Of a stretch of 64,000 nucleotides of DNA, positions 38,009-50,667 are shown one piece after another. The first letter of the stretch is position 1. Each line of letters opens with the position of its first letter. The notes beneath the pieces are model-generated. The model searched no databases. It saw only the letters and a list, made by a program, of their open reading frames with translations, and had not been told where the DNA came from. Source of the DNA: Octopus sinensis (taxonomy: Eukaryota); contig NW_021835992.1 in the NCBI RefSeq assembly GCF_006345805.1, forward strand, positions 62,001-126,000. Direction: 5' to 3'. The position numbers were made by a program, and so were the translations under genes.

Positions 38009-38952
38009 TTCTGCTATGGTAACTATTCTTGTATTTCAATCATTCTTAAGGCAAATAATTCCCCACCGTTTAAATTACCTACTTTATTGACACACATTTT
38101 TCTCAAATAGGTCAAATGTCTCTCAAAGAATACAATAAGCATTTTAATTGACTGTAATTCGCTTGCTAATCGAACATCTCGAACATGACTACGAAGTGAA
38201 TATATCTCAGGTCATACTTTTCTTTCTTTGAAACACAAAGATTTCATGAAAAATGTTTCATTTGTAATCTTTGACTAAAAATAGACGATCTCGCAAATTG
38301 ATGTAATAAGATTTTTCATTAGAAGGCACACGGGACTGTGAGGTGTATTCAGATCAATAAATTACAAAAAGAACATCATAAATTGGAACCAAAAATGATG
38401 ATTATCATTTTACTATCTCATCGGAGACCCACTGTCTTCAAGATTCTACACTTATATGAAAATTCCTAATGAAACATTGGGATTAAATTCTAAAATTCTT
38501 CCAAGTGTTTATTGAAGATAAAAAAACAGCACTCATTATATTCAGAACTCAATTAATTAGATCATCCCGGAATCCTCTCATTCTTTTTCGCTAAAGACGG
38601 GACTTGTATAAGGACTGTGCAGTTTCTTATTACAGGTGTTGTCAAATGGTTTCAAATTAATCCGAAGAATGTCCATCAGTAGGATCTTCATCTCCGGTTG
38701 TGTGAAGGCTCTCGGCTGTGTTGATGACATGTGAATGTACTTGCTTTTGTAAACAAAGTTGAATGGGAGAAAAAACAATTTAACTAGATCGAATGAAAAG
38801 ACATACAAGTTATACTTGATTATATTTAAATGTACATTGTGTAAATAAAATGTATTAATATTAGGACACCACAGTGATTGAACTGGTTTGATTTTTAAAC
38901 TGCATTAATTTAAACCATGCCCCATGTGGGCGGAATACTGTAATATACACAG

Positions 38953-39718
38953 ATGGACAACAAAACACAGTTGGCTGCATCCAGCACTACATCCAGCAGT
39001 GGAGGTGGGTCGAAGGGGCCGGTGAACGTGTTCAGTTCAACCGAAACAAGGAAAGCAAAGAAGAAGGGAAATATAGTCAAAATAGCCCCATGTCACTCAA
39101 GAGGAGGCATCCCCACTCGAGCAGTGGTATCGACTGCAGACAAGTCTTCCCACGTGATAATCAAGTCCTCTGTAGAGTGAGGTGGATTACTTTATAGATC
39201 TCGGATGACGAGTTCAAGTCCTCCACACACAAGCCATGTAACTGCTCCAAATCTCGGTGTCTTAAACTGTAGGAATATATAATATTGCCAGCTACTGCGA
39301 GTGCTTTGCCAATGGGGCGTGTTGCTACAACTGTAATTGTGTGGGCTGCCACAACACGGAGGGACACTCCGCGGAGAGAGCCACTGCCATCAAAATCCTC
39401 CTTTCTCGCAACCCGACTGCCTTCGCCCCCAAGATTGGTACTCTCTATTTCCTACTCAGACGACCGATCACACCAAAAGGGCTGCAACTGCAAGAGGTCG
39501 GCCTGTCTAAAGAACTACTGCGAGTGCTATGGAGTACTCCCCCTCCTCACTCTCAGGCGGGCATTCCCTGCTCTCTCCTCTGTCGGTGTGAAGGGTGCCG
39601 TAATTGTGACAGCCAATACAATCGACGCAGACGGGGAACACACTCGCTTAGGGAATTCGAACACTACATTCACACACGTCTGTCATTCCCTATATTTGTA
39701 GTACGACACGACCACTAA
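38953..39718 (+). CDS. LIN54: LIN54/tesmin family CXC-domain protein (MuvB/DREAM DNA-binding subunit)
   Basis: [21 protein letters not shown], linker [28 protein letters not shown]. Four 22-26 nt introns. Confidence 0.92.
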
Positions 39719-39766
39719 CACTATTCTTAATACACTCCTCTCTCATATATATATTAATCACATAAG

Positions 39767-40245
39767 TCATTCCACATTCTCGGGAAAGTAATCTACAATA
39801 TTAAAGGGAATAACCAGTCCTGGGTTTGAGGAGTATTCTTCTTTGTATTCTGAGACTGTCCTACACATCAACACACTAACACTCACATTGGCTCGACTCA
39901 GTCCACCACGGGGGGTTTGAGTGGCAGACGACCATCCATTCCTCCATCCATCCACGCATGGCAAAGGACAGGACAGGAGCATGCCCGTCTGTGCTTGTGT
40001 CGACCAGTCACCTGAGTAAAGTCGCATGCAGTGACCTCGAAATCTGAGGAGATGGCCGAGATGACTTTGTTGGCCTCGGATAGACTGACATCGAGGAGAG
40101 ACACGTCATTGATAGAGATCAGTCTCATGTCCTTCCGGAGTCGTCCATCTCTGCCAATTACCCCGTGGTCGTCGATGTGGTCAACAAATATGCCCCCGTT
40201 TATCCCCTTGGCCACCCTCACTCCCACGTACTCATCTCCACTCAT
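39767..40245 (-). CDS. PDZ-domain protein, probably 5'-partial
   Basis: YVGVRV..GGIFVDHID..GVIGRDGRL..MRLISINDVSL..VSLSEA.KVI is a PDZ fold, Dishevelled-like in places but not diagnostic. Confidence 0.7.
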
Positions 40246-40267
40246 CTGAAGACGAAAATTCTAAATG

Positions 40268-40350
40268 TTCTCGAACCAGTCGGTCTAAACAGGTAAAACG
40301 GGATGACTACCTTTTTATTTCGCAATAGAAAATGCCTCATCTGGGATGCT
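40268..40350 (+). mobile_element. Degenerate CRE-like RLE fragment at the edge of the gene island
   Basis: LEPVGLNR..GMTTF.FRNRKCLIWDATFTET parallels LEPKGLDR..GSTLF..GRPLVWDSTCVDT. Confidence 0.5.
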
Positions 40351-40834
40351 ACGTTTACAGAAACTTGGTTAATGAGTAATTGAGAAAATTAGCTTAATTA
40401 GCAAAAAGGAATGTTAATAAGTAATGTCGTGATAAACTTTTCATTAATTTTCTAAGTGTTCTAACTGGCCTCGTTGGCTGAAGAGTTTGCAACGATGTTG
40501 GATTAAGACCTTCGAAGTTTCAACTCCGAAGGATTCAGCTTTCAGGCTGGGGGTCAAGTAATGTCAAACTGTCTTTCATCTGTGCTTTGAGTGATGGCGA
40601 GGGCTGACCTATCCATGTGAGGCAGGTCATCATTTCCAGAGATTTATCAGACATTTCAGGCCTCATTTAGTCGAAGGGTTCAAATCCAAAACATAATGAT
40701 TTCATAATAATTGATACTTCTAATTTTCTAATAAAATACATTAATTAACTTTCTAAAGAGTGTATGGAATTTCAACGTTTCTGAGTTCTCTTATATTTGC
40801 CAAAATAAACCGAGAATCAGTGAAAAGGCCCAGA

Positions 40835-41569
40835 ATGGAGGTACGCGTTCAAATCGAGAAATCAACTCCAACTATCAAACCAAAAAGTTTTTTCAACAAA
40901 ACAGACGAAGCTGTCGAGTTAAATTCGATTTTAAAGGACTTTGATGACTTTCCTCATAAGTAGACTTGTATGAAAATAAGATCACTGAGTTTTTGTCATC
41001 AACATCAAGAGAACAGAAGCAGGATGTTTGTGAGGAATATGCAAGGCTTTACAACAAAGTATGTTTACCTAGTTTCACTAAAAGGACCTCCTGTTTGAAT
41101 TTACCTCGAATATGCCTAACCATTATGCAGAACTGGCTGTGGCACTGACTACGTCCAAAGTTCTGCTGACTGTAAACGCAATCAAAGCAGCCACCAAAGT
41201 TGAATAAGTGATTTCAGCAAACAAAAGTGGACTTGCACTGTTAATTAGCTTAGCCCACAAAAAAGATTTGAGGAATCTAATTGATGGAAAAACCAGTGGA
41301 ATCCTCAAAGACGTCCTCTTGGCCCTCATTGATGTCAAAATCATTGACCAATAAGGTAGAGAAAGGAACAATTGAACCCAGAACTGAAAAGGAGATTTGT
41401 GTTGACCAACAACTCATCGTGGACCGACCTCTTGCCTAACAGCAAGCCAGGAAATCGCAGGAATTGCTCGAATCTCATCATCATATTAATATCACCCCTT
41501 TTTTCCTGGACGGATTTATTTACCAGAATAGATACCAGTCGGCGGCTTTTCTCCAAGAATATAACCATG
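40835..41569 (+). pseudogene. Divergent annexin-like gene, truncated by the Tc1 insertion
   Basis: TPTIKPKSFFN..EAVELNSILK, TSREQKQDVCEEYARLYNKDLL..YAELAVAL and DLRNLIDGKTSGILKDVLLAL follow annexin repeats 1-2. The sequence stops in repeat 3 at the TA of the transposon. Confidence 0.6.
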
Positions 41570-41571
41570 TA

Positions 41572-43029
41572 CAGTGCTGGTAGAAAAAAACCGGTTTTGC
41601 AGTTACTAACTTTTTTTGGCAGATAGCATTTATTTTTTTTAACTGAATCGAACTCTTTGTAGTTGATTAGATTTATATTTTTTTTATTTATAAAAAATTT
41701 CATTAATCGTTTACAATTCGGATGATTTAAATTTTAGCGTGTGAATAAAAAACCGGTTTTCATTATTGAGTGATATTTTAGTTGTTGAATTTTTAGTTTT
41801 ATAAGCAAATGTTAAATAAAATAATTAAAGGGAAGATTCTTGCTCTTTATGAGTTAAATTGGACGATAAAAGATATTGCAGATCATCTAAATACTCCAAA
41901 ATCGACAATCGGAGATTTTCTTCGAAAATTCAAAAAATATGGAACTATTGATAGGATTCCTGGTTCTGGGCGTCCTAAAAAGCTTCAAAAAACAGACGTT
42001 GAAATTTTATTGCATCTTGTTGAGTGCGATCCAAAAAAATCTTCTAACACGTTGAGGAATGAAATAAATCATTTAACTGGTAAGAGTGTCTGTAGAAAGA
42101 CAATTGGAAATTACTTAAATTCCAATTTTCTCTTCGGAAGAGTATGTCAACGCAAACCGTTGCTTTCGAAGAAAAACATAATAAAAAGATATGAATTGTC
42201 AAAAATTTTTATTCGGATGAACAATGACGCATGGAAAACTATTATTTCTCTGATGAAGCATCTTTTCAGATTTTTCCTACTAAAAAAAGGCAATACAGTT
42301 ATCGAAAAAAAAGTTCACGTTATGAATTGAGCCATACTACGCCGACAGTAAAATTTGGTGGAGGCAGTGTTATGGTTTGGGGCTGTATCTCCTATCAAGG
42401 AGTGGGCAATTAGTTTTTGTTAATGGAACCCTCAATTCCGCTAAATATATAAATGTTTTAACGAATAATTTGTTCGTTTCGGCGCGAAAAATGGAACTAA
42501 ATCGGTTCACTTTCCAACAAGATTTGGCTCCCTGCCATCAATCTGCATTGACAACCAAGTTTTTTGAAGAAAATAAAATTCCAATTCTTGATTGGGCTCC
42601 GCAATCTCCAGACATGAACCCAATGGAACATGTTTGGAGCATGATGAAGCAGAAGTATTCTTTAGATCCTGCAAAAAATAAACTGGATCTGGAAGTCAAA
42701 TTAACAAAAATTTGGAACGAATTGCCGTCTGAAAGTATTCAGAAGTTAATTGATAGCATGCCTAAAAGGTCATACGAGCTATTTATTAATCGAGGATACC
42801 ACACAACATATTAACTGTTGATTTGTTAACTCTTTTTGTTAAAACCGGTTTTTTATTCACATGCAAAAATTTAAATTTTTAAAATTTCGGCCGATTATTG
42901 AAATTTTTAAAAGTAAAAAAGATTATATATAATCAACTTCAAACTCTTTATTTTCATTTAGAAAATTAATAGCTATCCGCCAAAAAAAGTTAGTAACTGC
43001 CCAAAACCGGTTTTTTTCTACCAGCACTG
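41572..43029 (+). mobile_element. Tc1-family DD34E DNA transposon, full length (1458 bp)
   Basis: TIR cagtgctggtagaaaaaaaccggtttt at both ends, TA TSD at 41570-41571 and 43030-43031, inner repeats near 41745 and 42845. Confidence 0.93.
41809..42814 (+). CDS. Tc1 transposase (two frameshifts)
   Basis: HTH with GRPKK; FSDEASF; GGGSVMVWGC; QQDLAPCH...SPDMNPMEHVW with 34 residues between D and E. Confidence 0.88.
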
Positions 43030-43049
43030 TATGTCCTGTCTGTCACTTT

Positions 43050-46000
43050 AGTTAACTAGCGAAGTTTCAACTAGAACTCATTAATTTACAACATGATATA
43101 GAACTGACGGCATTGTTCAAAAATGCGTCCATTAGTAATTTTTACGAATTAATTCCTCAAGAAAAATTCAAAAATATAACACACAATGCATATATGAATC
43201 TACATATTTATGCGAATCAATATTTAGTAAAATGAAAAATATAAAAATATATTATTCTCTCTTATTCTAATTTCTAATTCTTGTTGTTACGTGCATGTTT
43301 GTTCTACTGGGTTTAATGAAACATTTCCAATGGACCTATCTACGGAAGATAATTAAAGAGAAACCAATAATAACGTAGATCGGGTGGTCCATGGGCAGCT
43401 TGGAACGCAAGAATCTGATATTCCCCCTCCAAATTCGGTTGTCGCAAACGGATTGTCCTGCTAATCTGTTAACTCTACGGGCTATCATCGATCAAGTAAC
43501 GCAGGTGGACATGATCAATGGGCGAATGAAGTGGTAACGTTTCTCGAGCAAGATTCAAAAGAATACCACGTGGTGGATGGCCTATGATTACTCAGGCTTT
43601 TAACGAAAAGTTCCTCACGTCCAAATCTGTGGCGAATGTGAAGAGTCTGGCTAAGATGACGAGAACAAAGTTTAACTCTCCAATGGATCAAGAAAAGAAT
43701 CACAAGATGGAAATCTCTAATTTTAGAGATTGCTCAATTGAATTTTCTTACCAAATAGAGCAAGTAAAATCTATCTCTAGAAAAAAACGAAAGCCGACCA
43801 AAAAAGTCCCATATCAACTACTTAAAAAAGAAATATTGTCTGGAATAAATGCAGTGATTAATGAATATATAAAGACCAACCCTCCTGTCAATTTGAATGA
43901 TATCATCGATATCGTTTATGCTGCACAGCTGACATACCAAACTCTCACAAAATACTCTCCTAAGAATAACAACTGGAAAGGAATTATGGAAGCAAAACTA
44001 ATTAAACTTAAAGAACAATACGAACAGACTAATGATCAAAAAGGAAGCTTGAAGTTTGATATTGCAACGAGGGATATGCTGAGTGAATATGGATATCGAA
44101 AGGCAAAGAAAGGAGAACTTGGAAGAATTTATGCTTGCATTGGAGACGAAATAAAGATTGTTGAGAAGAAACTTCGACTCCATGATGCAAGAAAAGAATT
44201 TCGGAGACAGAATTGGTTCTTTGAACTGAATCGGCGTTGTTTCTATCGCAGTTTAAATGATGAAAGAAAGAGTGCAGAGTTTATGTTTAATAACAGTGAA
44301 TGTCTATCATATTGGAAAAAAATATGGAGTAGAAATGAGAAGAGCGATAATGTGTTACATATTAACAAGAGAGTGACATGGGCAGAGGATACATTTGCAG
44401 AGTTTAGTAAAGAAAGCATCCTTGAAACAATTAAACAACTCCCAAACTGGAGAGCTAGCGGTTGTGATGGGGTGTATAATTTCTTTCTAAAAAATGGCCT
44501 CAATCCATGATCACTTGTGTGAAGAACTAGTCAAGATAATCCATGGTGAATACACACCGGATGAGTGGTTCTACACTGGAATCACATATCTCATCCCAAA
44601 GAAAGATATTTGTCAAGGACTTAAAGATTTGAGACCAATTACTTGTATGTCTAACCTATATAAGCTTGCAACGAAATGGGGCATATAATCTGATTGCCGA
44701 TAATCAATTGGGAACTCGGCGAATATGTCAAGGGGCAAAGGAACAAGCAATTCTTAACCGGTGCATTCACAAGCAAAACGGAAATAATTTGTTTTCTACC
44801 TGGATTGATGTAAAGAAAGCGTTCAATTCGGTAGATCACGACTTTCTGTTCCAGGTGCTTGAAAACTCCGGACTCCCTAGCTGGATTGTGAATTTTGTGA
44901 AGAACCTTGTAACGAAGTGGAGAATAAAGCTAATTCTGAATCATAATGAAATCGGAGAGGTAAAATTGGAAAGAGGAATACTCCAGGGTGATTCCTTGTC
45001 ACCTCAAATCTTTGCCCTGGTGATGGATCCTCTTAGTAGAATTCTGAATGTTAAGTACCCAAAAGTGATGATTGATAACCAAGATCAGGGTTGTATTACA
45101 TATACAACAAATCACTTACTGTTTATGGATGATCTAAAAATATTTTACAAAAAGAAGATACAATGATGAATATGATGAATGGGGTAAATAATTTCTTTGA
45201 AGCTGTCGGACTGGAAAAAAATGTCGAAAAGTCTGCAACTAATCTGGCAAACCTTGGGTCTGAAGCTAAATTGCTTAATGGGGTGGAAGGTTACAGATAC
45301 CTTGGAGTGTTAGAAGATAGAAGAAGCGATGTATTGAAAAGCGAAGTATTGAAGGCACTCTTTGGGGAACTAAAAAAGAGGATCGACAATCTTTCGAAGA
45401 CCAAACTAAACTCGTGTAAATTATTTAAAGCCATAAATGAACACGCATTATCCCTCTATAACTATTATATTGGGCTTGTCGACATTGAGCCACTTGAGTT
45501 TGAACAAATTGACAAAAATGTACGCAGCATCCTTGTACATCATCGAATTCATTTGAAGCCTGCAAACAAGGAAAGGCTTTACCTCCCAAGAGATCAATTT
45601 GGAAGAGGACTTGTATCCATTACTCATAAAAATGAACGGATATTACTTCAATTCCTCCGTGATCTTGAAACAAAATCTCGTTACTGCATAAGAAAAGAAG
45701 GGATTCTGCGGGTCATTAATTCAAAGAGAACACATTTGGCCACAATTGCTGAATACCTCAAGCGCAAATACAACATCCAAGATATTGGAAGTCTTGATTT
45801 GAACATGCTGAGAGAATTGCAGAAGAACAGCTTAATTGAGCAAATAATGAAAAAACCATTACATGCAATTCTCTTTGATTGTTTGAATGATTCCAATGTT
45901 GACGTTGCAGAATCTTCTCATTTGTTATTACATGGAAATAACTCACCAAGATCCGAGGCTTTGCTATGCTTTATACAGGAACGTAATCTATTTTTCGACA

Positions 46001-46953
46001 ATGTTGGGGCAATTTGCAGTCACTGTAACTCTTCTAAAAAGACTGTTGACCACTTAGCAACTAGGTGTGGTCGAATGCTGAATAGTGACTACTTACGACG
46101 ACACAACGAAGTAATGAAATGTGTACATCTACATCTATGCAGGGAGTATGGAATCAAGAAATCTAAGAAATTGAAAACCCACTCTGTTCAATCAGTGGTT
46201 GCGAATAACTCTGTGGAGATTCGTGTTGACACGACAATTAATACGGATACGAAGGTTGAGAATAACAAGCCGGATATCTTTGTACTTGACAAAATGAGGA
46301 ACACAATCACGCTTATAGAGATTGGAATCACCTCTCAAAAAAAATTGAAGCAAGTTGAAGTGGAAAAGCTCCACAAGTACGACCTGCTTGCCAGTGAACT
46401 GGGATTAATCCACAAAGCCAAGGTAACCATAGTACCATTGGTACTAACGTGGGATGGTGTTGTGAGTAAATACTATAAACATCACTGCGATACTATTGGT
46501 TTGGAAGAACTTACACGAGCTTACATTCAATCGGTAGTTATCAGAAAAACATTGGAGAGTATGCGTGTAGAACACAAATTTGGAATGATCCCGCCAGAAG
46601 AATGCCAAACGACTCGTTTTACAAATGGAACAACGGAAGAGAGACTCAAGAAGTGAGGCCATTGAGTCGAACTTGAGAACGACCACAGAAGAAGCCAACC
46701 CTGTGAGATGGATGAGTGTGCCCATCGAAGAGATTGGCTTTAGCTCAAAGAGGAGGAGAATCGAATAAGAGGACGCATTAATTAGTTCAATTGATAAATA
46801 ATTAGTCTTAATATTATCTCTTATTCTCTTTTTTTTCCATTAAAAATTTATCTTAAAAAAAAATAAAAATATATAAAATATTTTTTGTGCGGCCCGCGAA
46901 GCTAATCTTAATTATCAATTTGGCCCTTGAGCTAAAAAGGTTGAGAACCCCTG
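43050..46953 (+). mobile_element. 3' part of a second Buster/SPIN-like hAT element, interrupted by the retroelement
   Basis: LELINLQHDIEL..NFYELIPQEKF..TYLCESIFSKMK before the insertion. Subterminal gcggcccgcg and terminal gagaacccctg after it. Confidence 0.7.
43269..46816 (+). mobile_element. Second R4-like RT/RLE retrotransposon family, near full length, 11-bp TSD
   Basis: ORFs 43584-44510, 44494-45166 and 45163-46656 are colinear with copy B. tctcttattct at 43258-43268 and 46817-46827. Confidence 0.9.
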
Positions 46954-46989
46954 ATCTAAAGGTTGTAATGTTTGTGATATTTAGATTAT

Positions 46990-47653
46990 TTTTTCTCCAA
47001 TCAACAATTATCTGGATCCCAATCAACTGAGTCAAATGATTGGTAGGATCTCCCCAATTCAAGCACTTGTGGTTAATCAAAATTCTTTTCGGTCTTCAAA
47101 AATAGAAAGGTCTTTTGGTTTGATTTAAATATAGAGATCTGGTAGTAATATTTATACATTTCTTAAACCTGGCCAATCTTTTTCGATAAAAATCGAAACT
47201 AAGCTTCCTGCGCAGATTCATTTTGCAGTAATTTACTTATTTTGTACATAAATTAGCTTGAACAAGCCATTGAAAATAAAGAGATCCAGAGACTAACATA
47301 TCACCTGTTTTCGTTGAGATAGCTCATAACAATCCTGGTTGCACTCTGAAAGTATGATTTGGGTTTATTTCGTGATGTAGGAATGTGATGGATTTGACTT
47401 GAGAAGTCCTTTTAAGCCGTTTTTAGATGCAAAATTTGGACGAAAATCTGCCCTGAGAAGGCTCGATATAGCAGGATTCCAAGTCCATCCTACCGGTGAT
47501 CCGAATAAATTTTATGTCGCAAATGCAAAAAACAGAGATTATTCATCATTCAGTGAATTGACTTTCAGTGAAAATTGTTCATTTCTAAACATGACTTCGG
47601 ATAATCTCAACATGCTGTCTAAATTAGCTGAAATATTTGGTTATGATGAGTAA
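46990..47653 (+). CDS. Unidentified gene (3' part) with mini-introns
   Basis: GT-AG segments of about 25-30 nt join exons ending PVFVEIAHNNPGCTLK|ECDGFDLRSPFKPF..GYDE*. Family not recognised. Confidence 0.45.
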
Positions 47654-47751
47654 AAGTTTTTGTATTTTGTAATAGATCTTCATTCTATAGTTTATAGAAA
47701 ATTTAAGGATAATTTTATCAACTGAGATAATGTTTCCGTTTTAGTGTTATA

Positions 47752-49620
47752 CAGTCGGTGCCCAAAAACAGGGGTTTAATAAAAACAGAGATTTTTAAAC
47801 ATCAAAAATCAATTTAGAAAAATAATCAGTTAATTTATCCCCAGTTTTCCTTTTACTTCTTACATTTTTCATAAAATTAATTCGAAAATTGTAAAATTCT
47901 TTGAGCATTTCAGGAGATCTCTAGAATTGTTTATCGTTTTCTAAACCTTTGTTATAAATATTATTGACGAATTCGTCATTTTCCCCATTCAATGTTTCGT
48001 TTACGGCATTGTTGATTAATTCTTCTCTAATGCTATCTTCAATTCTTACGGAATCACGAATCTTTTCAATTTAATTCCAACAATTAAATATTAAACTTGG
48101 ATTAACTTTTTCCCAGCTTTTAGAAATTAGCAGAATTACCTGACAAAGGTTTATTTTGTTTATCGACCGTTTGAGTAATAATTTGAGTAATAACCTTTAA
48201 AGATCTTGATTATTCCCATATCCAATGGCTGCAAATACGGTGTTGTATTTTTTGGCAAAAATAAAACTCAATATTTGAGCATTCAATAGTTTTATGACAT
48301 CCCGCATTATCAAGCAAAAAAATAAAAAAAAATCTTTATTAACAAAAAACCCCGAGATAAAATAGTTAACTAAACTAATCCGACGACCCGTCCGCATCTG
48401 AAGTCTGGAGACCAGCCTCTTCTGCTTCTGGTCGAAGGAATAGCTCTGTGAGAGCATTTTCCAGCCGATAATTCTGCCCATGTGGCATTAGGGGGCTGGA
48501 TCTGCGCGCATCAACAGATGCACTCTCTAGAGTTCTCTTCAGGACAGTGGACTGCATATAGGCCTGAATGTACCTATCGACTCCCAACTGCCTGAGATAA
48601 CCCTTGTGGTACTTAGATACAATTCCTTCCCATGTCATCACGCAAGGAATGACAAGGACCTTGCATCTGTGCATCAACCCAAGCTCGTTTGCAAGAAGGT
48701 CGTACTTACGCTTCTTTTCCACTTCCACCGTGGTCAAACGATCTAGACATGTGATGCCAACTTCTATGATAGAAATCTCGCCAGAGACCTTATCTTGTAC
48801 CACAATGTCCGGCTTATTGTGCTGGACAAGTATCGAGGTGTGAATACTAGTATCCACTTTAATGCATACTCTGGCATTCTCGACCACAGACTGCACCTTA
48901 TGAGTTCGCAACTTTCTGGAACGTCTAATCCCATACTTATTGCACAGCATTAAGTGTAAACTACGTACAACCTCGTTATGCCTCCACGTATAGTCGTGGT
49001 AAAGCACAATACCGCATTTTGTGGCTATGTAATCTACGGACAGGCACCTCAATTTACAATGAGGACAGACCTTAGATCGATTCCAGAAAAAGTTTCGATC
49101 TTGCAGATAGGTAAATAATCCTTCGGATCGAGGGGAATTATTTCCATATCTTAGCCAAGTCGTTGACGACTTACGTCAAGCAATATTAATACTTTTCTGT
49201 TGATTGTATAAAATCTTTCATTTACTGAGTCAACCAGCTCATAAAAATATTTCCAGTCATCCATGCATTTTTAGAGGATGAGTATGAAATTCCAAAATCT
49301 TTCACATTGAAAGTTTTGAGACATCGAGGGTTTTTAAATTTTCCAACAATTAATGGCTCAAGTTTTTCTCCCATAGAATTGCAACAAAGAAATACGGTGA
49401 CTCTTTCTTTTCCCTGTTTCAATCTTTAATTTTGTTTCGTAGTTTATAACCATTGACAACAAAAAAATGTAAATAAACGTGTAAATTTAATTGTTAATAA
49501 AATTTAATTTTATTTACTTATAATTTCATTCCCCACAATTTTATAGTGCCCCAAAATTTCCGTATTTTTTATCGATTTTTCATTTTACTCTGCCAAAATG
49601 TTGGCCAAAAAAAAGTTACC
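47752..49620 (-). mobile_element. pogo/Tigger-like transposon remnant, interrupted by an RLE retroelement
   Basis: KQGKERVTVFLCCNSMGEKLEPLIVGKFKNPRC..AWMT, LLDNAGC, LQPLDMGIIK. End ta|cagtcggtgccc at 47752. Confidence 0.8.
48338..49209 (-). mobile_element. 5'-truncated R4-like RLE retroelement (third subfamily), possible 9-bp TSD
   Basis: ORF 48375-49052 (RHNEVVR..NKPDIV..IIEVGIT..KKRKYDLLANELG). aaaatcttt at about 48329 and 49210. Confidence 0.85.
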
Positions 49621-49789
49621 AAAATCTTATTGATAGAATATATTAAGTTTGATTAGATTAATATTATGTTCCTCCACTTAATTGGCGAAACTGAAAGGTT
49701 TCATGAAGGCCGTTAGACTTGATTTCAATTACAAATCGGTGACTAAAACCCTTGTGTGTGATGATCTAGTCAAAGCCTTGAAGAAAAAG

Positions 49790-50030
49790 AAGAATATAAG
49801 TCTCATGGTGTGGTCGAGAGTCGGTGTGTGAGAACTCGAAGGTAGGTATTAAGGTGGATACTCTAATACGCATCTTGATTGTTGTCCACCACAAAAAACC
49901 CGACATTGTGGTCCTCTATAAGGTCACCGGTAAAGGTCGATTGAAATACACCTTCTTAGATGTCTATAGAGTTAGAGAAGAGGGAAAAGGAAAAGAGGTG
50001 TGTGTAGTGCTATCCCTTGTTTACTCATAA
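49790..50030 (+). mobile_element. Degenerate R4-like RLE fragment
   Basis: IKVDTLI..HHKKPDIVVL. Confidence 0.55.
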
Positions 50031-50084
50031 TACTCAGTACTTAGTTAGGCAAGTAAATAGTTTATTAGTTTCTTTGTATTAATA

Positions 50085-50667
50085 TTATGAATCTGGAATA
50101 AACTTAATAAGGTTTGTTATTGAGGAATCATTTATAGCTCCCTCCAAAAATTCTTCTAAACTTATCAGCCCATTTTATCTTTGTCTAGCTTTTCGAAAAT
50201 ATAATTTGCATGATCAGATGGAGTTCTGTCACTATTTTGTGAGTTATCTAGTAATTCATATACGGACTAAAAAATTAGAAAACAAATACTTTAAAAATAT
50301 TTTCTACTTCAATTTTGTTTATTGAACCATCTTTATCAAGATCATATAGACTGAAAACCCAGCGTAACTTTTGTTCAGGATCTTCGGATCCCGAATAATA
50401 TAATGCTAAAACAAATTCTGTGAAGTCAATTGTCCCATCATTGTTTTTGTCAATAACTTTGAAAACATAATTTGCAAATTTTGTTGGATTTCCATTAGGA
50501 AAAACATCTTTATACATGGCAGTAAAAGATTCGATTGTTAATTTATTATTGGGACAGCTAAAAATAAAAACTTCGTAAAAATCTTTAATTTCTTTTTCTG
50601 AAAACGAAGTTAGATCGCATAATTCATTTAAAACTTTTAAATTCAATGTTGATTTCTTGTTACCCAT
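50085..50667 (-). CDS. Neuronal calcium sensor (NCS-1/hippocalcin/recoverin family), N-myristoylated EF-hand protein
   Basis: MGNKKS myristoylation motif, CP EF1, DKNNDGTIDFTEF, DLDKDGSINKIE, DKDKNGLISLEEF. One 23-nt intron and one missing A in the last exon. Confidence 0.88.

Noticed and set aside
38578-38808. 76-aa ORF between DUF1330 and LIN54 as a gene
   Set aside because: May be part of a spliced gene, but I could not build a consistent model or recognise homology.
4255-45170. Programmed ribosomal frameshifting in the R4-like polyproteins (both families break near FFxKK)
   Set aside because: The shifts sit in A/T runs and differ in size (one base missing in one family, two in the other). 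Similar single-base indels hit RPS28 (~32160), INO1 (~36935), NCS (~50170) and the CRE ORF (~60786), so sequencing error or decay is more parsimonious.
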